DNA of 64,000 nucleotides from contig CAVVLJ010000016.1 of the NCBI GenBank assembly GCA_963749075.1, positions 352,001-416,000 of the forward strand, read 5' to 3'. Made by a program: the position numbers and the translations under genes. Shown piece after piece: positions 57,434 to 64,000 of the stretch. This stretch comes from an uncultured Pseudomonadota bacterium (GTDB taxonomy: Bacteria > Pseudomonadota > Alphaproteobacteria > JACZXZ01). A model generated the notes under the pieces. That model worked only from the letters and a program-made list of their open reading frames with translations, had not been told where the DNA came from and made no database searches. How positions within the stretch are numbered: the stretch's first letter is position 1; each line of letters opens with the position of its first letter.

Positions 57434-57751
57434 GTCCGATGATCCACGCTTCGTCCCGAGAAACCCGTCATGAGCGCGACCGTCCGCATGCCGACCCGCG
57501 ATCCTGGAGCGGCCTTTGCCCGAATTCGGCTCCGCTACCAAGGGGCGACGAAGCGGCGTCAAAGTCAAAATCAATCGATCAATGAAATCATTGGCAGCAT
57601 ATATGACGCGGCCGCACATCGGGGGCCGGCGCTGCGGCGGCTCCGCTTGCGCCGGTGCCGCCGCCGCCTCGGGAGCGATGAAAAGCGCGCGCTTGCGCGG
57701 TGTTTGCTCTAGTATTCGAGGCTACTTGGTGATAACAGGACGGGCGAAGAC

Positions 57752-57812
57752 TTGAACACTGATCCGCGCTCGATAAGATCAAGCGTTCGCGCTTTTTGTT
57801 AATTTTCAAAAA
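57752..57812 (+). promoter_or_regulatory. Candidate sigma70 promoter and inverted-repeat operator upstream of msmD
   Basis: TTGAAC-N16-TAAGAT, then TTTTTG-N8-CAAAAA (57793-57812) in an AT-rich patch. Confidence 0.35.
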
Positions 57813-57870
57813 CTATACCCCAATAGCCCAGGATTATTGCTAAAGCGCCGTATGCCCTTCGGAGTTTGCC

Positions 57871-58914
57871 GTGCTGATCGAGGTCAATTCTAAGAGCGGC
57901 AACGCGAGCTTCGAGGCAGGTCCGCAGGAGCCGCTGCTCTATGCGGCATTGCGGGCGGGCCTCTCCTTTCCCTACGAATGCGCCACGGGGACCTGCGGCA
58001 CCTGCAAGGCCCGGCGGCTCGCGGGCGTCGTCGTCTCGGACTGGCCGGAGGCGCCGGGCAATGCCTTCCTCGCGCAGGGCGGCGAGGAGTTCCTCATGTG
58101 CCAGGCGCGGGCACTCTCGGCGAGCGGCTTCGCGCTCAAGGGCGCCGTCGCTCCCACAGCCTCCCAGGCGGCGCTGCCCGGCTTCGGCCACGGGGTGATC
58201 GAGGATGTCGAGACGCTCGCCCCCGATGTGGCGGCGGTGCGTCTCGGCATGGAGCCGCCGCTCGCCTTCGCCGCCGGCCAGTTCATCGTGCTGAAGGCGG
58301 CGCACGTCTCCGGCTTCCGGGCCTATTCGATGGCCAATTACGGCGAGCCCGCCCAGGCGGTGGAGTTCGTCGTCAAGCGCAAGCCGGACGGCCGCATGAC
58401 GCCCTGGCTCGTCTCGCCCGCGGCGCGCGGCGCGCGGCTCGCCTGGTTCGGACCGCTCGGCAAGGCGACCTTCAATCCCCAGGAGCAGCGCACCATCGTC
58501 TGCATCGCCGGCGGCTCGGGCATTGCCTCCATGATGGCGATCCTCGAGCACGGGCTCATGAGCCGGCATTTCGATCACTTCGACGCGGCGCTCTTCTTCG
58601 GCGTGCGTACGCGGGCGGACGTCTTCCATCTCGAGCGGCTCGCCGCCTATGCCGCCGAATTTCCCCACAGGCTCGCCATCACCGTCTCGCTCTCGGACGA
58701 CAGTCCCACCGAGGAGCTGAGAAGCCGCTATCCCCGGCTTGCCTTTGCGCGCGGCTTTCCCCACGAGATCGCCGCGCGCGAGCTCGAGGGCCGCTTTGCC
58801 GGCCGCGTCGCCTATATCGCCGGGCCGCCGATCCTGGTCGACGTGTCGATCCGCATGCTGATCACCCAGGCCCGCCTGCCGGCGCGCGACATCCGCTACG
58901 ACAAATTCAGCTGA
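57871..58914 (+). CDS. msmD: Methanesulfonate monooxygenase reductase (plant-type 2Fe-2S / FAD / NAD domains)
   Basis: YECATGTCGTC...LMCQ, FAAGQF, RAYSMAN, IAGGSGIA, YIAGPP, YDKFS. Adjacent to msmABC. Confidence 0.82.
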   Translation: MLIEVNSKSGNASFEAGPQEPLLYAALRAGLSFPYECATGTCGTCKARRLAGVVVSDWPEAPGNAFLAQGGEEFLMCQARALSASGFALKGAVAPTASQAALPGFGHGVIEDVETLAPDVAAVRLGMEPPLAFAAGQFIVLKAAHVSGFRAYSMANYGEPAQAVEFVVKRKPDGRMTPWLVSPAARGARLAWFGPLGKATFNPQEQRTIVCIAGGSGIASMMAILEHGLMSRHFDHFDAALFFGVRTRADVFHLERLAAYAAEFPHRLAITVSLSDDSPTEELRSRYPRLAFARGFPHEIAARELEGRFAGRVAYIAGPPILVDVSIRMLITQARLPARDIRYDKFS

Positions 58915-58946
58915 GAGGGCGGCACAGCCCGCGAGAGGAAGCCCCC

Positions 58947-59423
58947 ATGGTACAGGCCCAGCGCAAGACAGCCGACGCCGCGACCCTTGCGATCCTCAGG
59001 CGCACCGCGATCCTCGCCGGGGTCGCGGAGCGCACGCTCGGCCGCATCGCCCGCGCGGCACGGCGTAGGAGCTACGAGGAGGGCGCCGTCCTCTACGAGA
59101 TGGGCGACCCGGTCGGCAGCCTCTATGTGGTGGCCGAGGGGCGGCTGCGCTTCACCCTCGGCGGCGATAGCCGCATCGAGGGCGGCGGCAGCATCATCCT
59201 CCCCGGCGACATCCTCGGCTGGGCAGCGCTCGTGGCCGACCTGGCGCGGCGCATCGCGACCGTGGCCGCGCTCGAGCCCTCAGAGCTCCTGGAAATCGAC
59301 GGCAGAGCACTCCTCGCCATCCTCGACGAGGACCCGCGCGCGGGCTATCTCGTGATGCAGCGCCTGGCCCGCATGATCACCGCGTCCTTCCTCGAGCAGA
59401 GCAGGCGCTTGAGCGTGAGCTGA
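58947..59423 (+). CDS. Stand-alone cNMP-binding (Crp-like sensor) domain protein, no HTH
   Basis: YEMGDPVGSLYVVAEG, PGDILGWAAL...RIATVAALEPSELLEIDG; 158 aa. Confidence 0.85.
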   Translation: MVQAQRKTADAATLAILRRTAILAGVAERTLGRIARAARRRSYEEGAVLYEMGDPVGSLYVVAEGRLRFTLGGDSRIEGGGSIILPGDILGWAALVADLARRIATVAALEPSELLEIDGRALLAILDEDPRAGYLVMQRLARMITASFLEQSRRLSVS

Positions 59424-59433
59424 GGGAGCCGCC

Positions 59434-59766
59434 TCACTCGTACTCGTAGACCAGCTCGCGCTCGATCTCGACGAAGAGCTCGCCGGCCTCGAGGCGCGTC
59501 GGATAGAGGAGGAGCGGGCGCTCGGCAGCCCCTAGCTCGGCGCCGCTCCGCATGTCCCACTGCCAGAGGTGCTTGGTGCAGGTGAGCACGCCCTCGCTGC
59601 ACAGGCCCGAGAGCTCGAGCGGCTCCGCCATGTGCGGGCAGAGCGGGGGATAGGCGTAGAACTCGCCCTCGAGCCGGGCCACGAGCACGGCGATGCCGTC
59701 CACTTCGAACTTGGCGAGCGCTCCCTCGGGGACGCTGCTCGCGGCGCACAGCCTCTTCCATGCCAT
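59434..59766 (-). CDS. msmC: Rieske ferredoxin of methanesulfonate monooxygenase
   Basis: CPH-x17-CTKH, directly downstream of msmB. Confidence 0.85.
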   Translation of the reverse strand: MAWKRLCAASSVPEGALAKFEVDGIAVLVARLEGEFYAYPPLCPHMAEPLELSGLCSEGVLTCTKHLWQWDMRSGAELGAAERPLLLYPTRLEAGELFVEIERELVYEYE

Positions 59767-59794
59767 GGGGTGGCCCTTGCCCTTGTGCCGCGGC

Positions 59795-60298
59795 TCAGAT
59801 CGGGTAGTGGGAGCCCTTGTCCATGCGGCGGGTGTCGAGGCGCACCGTGCGCTCGGTGAAGAGCGGCGCGCCATCCGCGATGCGGAAGCGGTCGTGGTAC
59901 TTGCCGATGAGGAAGAGCTGGGTCTCGCCGGAATCGAGATGGGAATTGATGCCGTCGAGCATGGTGCGGTAGCACGCGAAGGAGGTGACCGCCGTCGCCG
60001 CGTCGCCCTCGCCGTCGAGCTCGACGGCATAGACGCTGGCATGCCGGGTGAGTTGGCCGTGGTCCGTGTTGTGGCGCGGCAGCATCTCGATGAGCATCTT
60101 GAGGCCGGCGCGGTCGTGCTCCAGCCAGGTCATGTCCTTGCGGATCTCCGGGCTGTAGGCCTCGATGCGATAGACGAAGTCCTCCGAGCAGAGTGCCAGC
60201 CAATCGGCGAAGCGCTGCTCGTCGAGGAGGAGACCGGCCTTGTAGATGAGCTCGCGCACGGCGCCCTTTACGGCTTCGCGGCGATCGTCGGCGATCAT
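59795..60298 (-). CDS. msmB: Methanesulfonate monooxygenase hydroxylase beta subunit
   Basis: LLLDEQRFADWL, YSPEIRKDMTWLEHD, LPRHNTDH, RTVRLDTR...GSHYP. Confidence 0.85.
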   Translation of the reverse strand: MIADDRREAVKGAVRELIYKAGLLLDEQRFADWLALCSEDFVYRIEAYSPEIRKDMTWLEHDRAGLKMLIEMLPRHNTDHGQLTRHASVYAVELDGEGDAATAVTSFACYRTMLDGINSHLDSGETQLFLIGKYHDRFRIADGAPLFTERTVRLDTRRMDKGSHYPI

Positions 60299-60336
60299 GT
60301 CGGACCTGCCCTGTTGATGCCGGAGCGGCGCTCCGC

Positions 60337-61570
60337 TCACTCCGCGGCGAGGCCGCGCGTGCGCATCGGATCGGAGGGCGAGCGGCCCATCATGCGGCCC
60401 CATTCGTGATAATAATGGCGCATGCCGATCTCGTCGTGGATGGTGTTGTTCTCGCGCCGGCCGTGCAGCACGTGGCGCGGCTCGCTGCCCGGCCGCATGG
60501 CGACGCCCTGGCCGGTGATGCCGAGCAGGTCCTCATGGAGATTGCGCCCGAAGGGACCCCAGATGGTGTTGTGGTCGCGGATGCGCTGGTGGCGCTCCGC
60601 CTTGGTGTCTCGCTTGAGGCCGAGCCCGCGGAACTCGATCATCACGAGGTTGGCGCCGAGCGGCGTCATGGTATCGACGCGCAGCGAGGAGCCGCGGATG
60701 TTGAAGGTGGCGCCGGGGAAGAGATCGACCATCTTCCAGCCGTTCTTCGGCATGCCCGGGAAGGAGAGCGGGCGCTCCGCCACGCCCTCGTAAGCCTCGT
60801 ACTTCACCTCCATCGAGCCGACGGTGGCGTGGCCGTTGGGGAAGGCGGTGTAGGTGCGCTCGAAGTAGCCCTTCTGCATCATGCTGGTGGCGCGGTTAAA
60901 GTAGTGCATGTAGTCGTGGTAGAACTCGCTGTTGGTGTCGTGCCAGAGCTTGAAATTGCTGTTGATGTAGGACTTGTGATAGTGGAAGACGTTCGAGCGG
61001 CTCGGTGTCGAGCTCCTCCTTCATGATGCCGAAGGCGTCTCCGATGTAATCGGCGAGCGAGGGGCCCGCGGCGTCGAGCGAGAGCCATACGAAGCCGCCG
61101 AAGGCGACCTCCGAGCGCAGCTCCCCGAGCGAGACCTGCGCCTTGGAGAGGCGGTCCTGGTAGCCCTGCTTCAGGCGCGGGATGTCGACGCAGCGCCCCA
61201 GGCTGTCGAACTGCCAGGCGTGGAACATGCAGGTCATGTGGTTGGCGTTGCCCGAGGGCTCGGCCTCGGCGAGATTGCCCGCGGGCTTGCGCACGATGAG
61301 GTTGCCGCGGTGCGGGCAGACGTTGCGGAAGGCGCGCACCTTGCCGTCGCCGCCGCGCACGATGACGACCGGCTCGCGCGCGACCGTAAGGGTGCGGAAA
61401 TCGAGCGGTGCGGCGAGCTCGGACTCGTGCACCGTCGGCAGCCAGACCTTCTTCCAGATGCGGCGCAGCTCCTCCTCGAAGAGGGGCTCGTCGCTGTAGA
61501 GCCGGCTGTCCACGAAGGGCATCGCCTGCCCGCTGTCGTAGCCGGCCGTCTCGTTCGCCGTCGTCGCCAT
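60337..61570 (-). CDS. msmA: Methanesulfonate monooxygenase hydroxylase alpha subunit; 1-bp insertion at ~60991
   Basis: Rieske motif CPH-x26-CMFH (the long spacer characteristic of MsmA). Reconstituted EVFHYHKSYINSNFKLWHDTNSEFYHDYMHYFNR and IWGPFGRNLHEDL. Confidence 0.9.
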
Positions 61571-61836
61571 CGTTTCCTCCCGACAAGACGCCAGGGCCGC
61601 GTTTTGCGCAAGCATGAAATTCCGGCCGGTGCTTGTAAAGGAAATATGCGTTATAATCCCATAGGGCGCGCCAATGAGCTGGCGGCCGCAAATCGACGCA
61701 TGAGATCACTTGGCCGGCACGGGCGATTTACATGGGCCGCCGCTGCGCATCGCCAGTATTCCGCGAAGCCAAGGCCGGATCCGGCGGCGTGCTGCGGCGC
61801 AAAAGCCGGTATCGCCCGCCTCACGTCATAGGCTCA

Positions 61837-61854
61837 GCAAATAAAATTATTCGC
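61837..61854. promoter_or_regulatory. Candidate operator between divergent msmA and msmE
   Basis: GCAAATAA-AA-TTATTCGC inverted repeat (1 mismatch), AT-rich within a high-GC background. Confidence 0.4.
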
Positions 61855-62212
61855 GAACAGGATTGGACATCCGGGCAGCCGCCAACCTTCAATAGCGCTG
61901 CTCTATGAAGCGGGCCGCGCCGATGCTGCACGGCCGAGCGCCCGGCCGCCGAGGTCGGGCCAAGAACAACAGGGTAGGGAGGATGAAGCGCGAGAAGACG
62001 GGATGGGCGAGAACCCGGAGGACGGAGCTCAGCCGCTCGTGAGGGCTCTCTGTCGCAAGCGGAGCTTGCGAGCGCCCGACGATGCGGCGCGCGCAGAGGC
62101 GGCCACGGCGCCGCTCGGTGCCCGCCGCAGATGCCGCCGTCCCGCCGTCGTCGCAGACTTTGTCCCTCGTCGCGGTTTAGCGTGAGCGAACACAGCCGAG
62201 AGGAGGTCTGCG

Positions 62213-63367
62213 ATGAACGCCCTCGTTTCCAAGCTGCCGCCGACAGTGCGGCGCTGCCTTGCTGCGGCCGGTTTCCTGGCATTGGCGGCATTCTCAGCCG
62301 GCGGCGCCGGCCACGCGGCGGCGGTCAAGGACTATGGCAAGCCGGGCGAGCCGATCCAGCTCGTCATCGGCTACCAGCCCTACTACACGGAGTCCTGGTC
62401 CGGCGTGATCATGCGCGACCAGAAATTCTACGAGAAATACCTGCCCAAGGGATCGAGCGTCAGCTTCGAGGTCGGGCTCCAGGGCGCCATCATCGTCAAC
62501 GGCATGCTGGCGGGAAAGGTCGACGTGGGCTACGTCGGCGACATGCCGGGCATCGTCGCTACGAGCCATGCCGAGGTGCGCGACATCCGCCTCGTCTCGG
62601 TGCTCGGGCTGGGCTACGACCAGTGCAACGCGTTCCTGGTGCGCACCGATGCGCCCGCGTTCAAGTCGCCCGAGGAGGCGATCAAGTGGCTCGACGGCAA
62701 GATCGTGGCGGTGCCGCAGGGCAGCTGCACGGACCGCTTCGCCCGCGCGGTGTTCAAGAAGTTCAACATCAAGCCCGCCGAATACCTCAACCAGAGCATC
62801 GAGGTGATCACCAGCGGCTTCCGCGCCAAGAAGCTCGATGCGGCCGTGCTGTGGGAGCCGACCGTCTCGCGCCTCATCATGGAGGGTCTCGCCCGCAAGG
62901 TGGCGACCGGCGTCTCGGTCAACGAGAAGGACGGCGGCTTCATGGTGATGCCGGAGGCGCTCGTCGAGCAGCGACCGGACGTGGTCAAGGCCTGGCTCAA
63001 TGCCGAGCTCGACGCGGAGCTCTATTTCGCCGACCCCAAGAACGCCATGGCGGTCGCCAAGATGGCAGAGAGCCAGACCACGGGCTTCCCTGAGAAGACT
63101 CTCTGGTATGCCGCCTACGGCAGCTATCCTGCCGCGGTCGGCGGCACCAACGTGCGCATCGGGCTCGACTACGGCTTCACGGACGACGCCATGGCGCTGA
63201 TCCATAAGGCGGCCGCGTTCCTCTTCGAGATCAAGAGCATCAAGGCCGACTTGCGGCCGGAGGCGGTGCTGCCGCAGTTCACGGCGGAGATCCTCAAGGC
63301 GCGCGGGCTCAAGGCGCCGGTCGGTGAGGTCAAGGCGCTGCCCGATTCGGCCTACACGGGACCCTGA
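62213..63367 (+). CDS. msmE: Sulfonate-type (SsuA/TauA-like) ABC substrate-binding protein, MsmE-like
   Basis: Signal peptide; LVIGYQPYYTESWSG, GYVGDMP, VAVPQGSCTDRF, LWEPT. Divergent from msmA. Confidence 0.75.
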   Translation: MNALVSKLPPTVRRCLAAAGFLALAAFSAGGAGHAAAVKDYGKPGEPIQLVIGYQPYYTESWSGVIMRDQKFYEKYLPKGSSVSFEVGLQGAIIVNGMLAGKVDVGYVGDMPGIVATSHAEVRDIRLVSVLGLGYDQCNAFLVRTDAPAFKSPEEAIKWLDGKIVAVPQGSCTDRFARAVFKKFNIKPAEYLNQSIEVITSGFRAKKLDAAVLWEPTVSRLIMEGLARKVATGVSVNEKDGGFMVMPEALVEQRPDVVKAWLNAELDAELYFADPKNAMAVAKMAESQTTGFPEKTLWYAAYGSYPAAVGGTNVRIGLDYGFTDDAMALIHKAAAFLFEIKSIKADLRPEAVLPQFTAEILKARGLKAPVGEVKALPDSAYTGP

Positions 63368-63432
63368 TCCAGCGGGCCGCCGGATCGCGAGCGGCGGCCG
63401 GCAGGCATGCGGCGGGAGGGGAGCGGGATCGC

Positions 63433-64000
63433 TTGAAGCAGGGGCAACAGGGTGCGCACGCCGACGCCGGGCACGAGGTCGTGATCGGCCTCCTGCGGCG
63501 GGCCATGCCGTTCCAGGTGGTGGGAGAGGAGCTGCTTGCGCGCATTGCCGGGCTCGCGCGCTTCGCCACCTACGGCAAGGAAGAGACCATCTACCGCGCC
63601 GGCGACGCGGCCGACGACGTCTACATCATCGTCTCCGGCCGCGTCGACCACATCCTCGAGCCGGACGCCAAGGCGTGGAGCGCCATCAAGGAGCTCGGCG
63701 CGGGAGCGGTGTTCGGCTGGGCCGCGGTCCTGCGCTATCACCCCCACCGCCTTGCCACCACCACGGCGCTCGAGCGCACCGAGGTGGTGCGGCTCAACGG
63801 TGCAGCGCTCGTCAGGCTGCTGGCGAGCGAGCCCGAGACCGGCGACGTGGTGATGAGCCGCTTCGCCACCATGATCAACCGCGAGTTCACGGTCCCCGAG
63901 GACGTGGCCGTGCCGCGCCGCATCGCGCGGCCGCCGGGAGAACCGGCAGCGAAGGCGTTGCAGCCGCTGCCAGCGCCGGCTCCGCGCGAAACCACGCGCT
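63433..64000 (+). CDS. Protein with N-terminal cNMP-binding-like domain, running off the window
   Basis: Manual translation from TTG 63433: IYRAGDAADDVYIIVSG, GAVFGWAAVL...HRLATTTALERTEVVRLNG, then a Pro/Ala linker. No stop before 64000. Confidence 0.8.
   Translation, partial: MKQGQQGAHADAGHEVVIGLLRRAMPFQVVGEELLARIAGLARFATYGKEETIYRAGDAADDVYIIVSGRVDHILEPDAKAWSAIKELGAGAVFGWAAVLRYHPHRLATTTALERTEVVRLNGAALVRLLASEPETGDVVMSRFATMINREFTVPEDVAVPRRIARPPGEPAAKALQPLPAPAPRETTR

Overview
This is a high-GC alphaproteobacterial chromosomal window. The gene order (ispB-DUF2007-tRNA methyltransferase-S49 peptidase, glyQS-ppdK) and the repeat families suggest Rhodospirillales-like. The housekeeping backbone holds ispB, bdhA/patatin, glyQS, ppdK, HIT, ygfZ, LPS glycosyltransferases with asnB, pyrC, a csp gene, several ABC transporters, a MloK1-type K+ channel, a TauD dioxygenase and a thiolase/DUF35 pair. 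Three things stand out. (1) An ~11 kb island (14.4-25.8 kb) encodes a signal-peptide-bearing Rhs polymorphic toxin with an N-terminal C39 peptidase followed in cis by a double-glycine-like leader. It also carries a mini YD protein, a tail-fibre-like secreted protein, an orphan toxin/immunity module, a relic third Rhs copy and a GspC/PilP-like fragment. No T6SS genes are in view. (2) A rearranged methanesulfonate monooxygenase cluster (msmABC, inverted msmD, msmE-like binding protein, two atypical cNMP-domain proteins) lies next to a SoxCD-type sulfite dehydrogenase. (3) A family of short MITE-like elements shares an 18-bp TIR. Two copies sit with 10-bp duplications in the loop of a REP hairpin, and each carries a different REP as cargo. 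Six genes show single frameshifts, including essential ispB and glyS, most likely long-read indel errors. No rRNA, tRNA, CRISPR array or intact transposase was seen. All family assignments come from motif recognition, not database searches.
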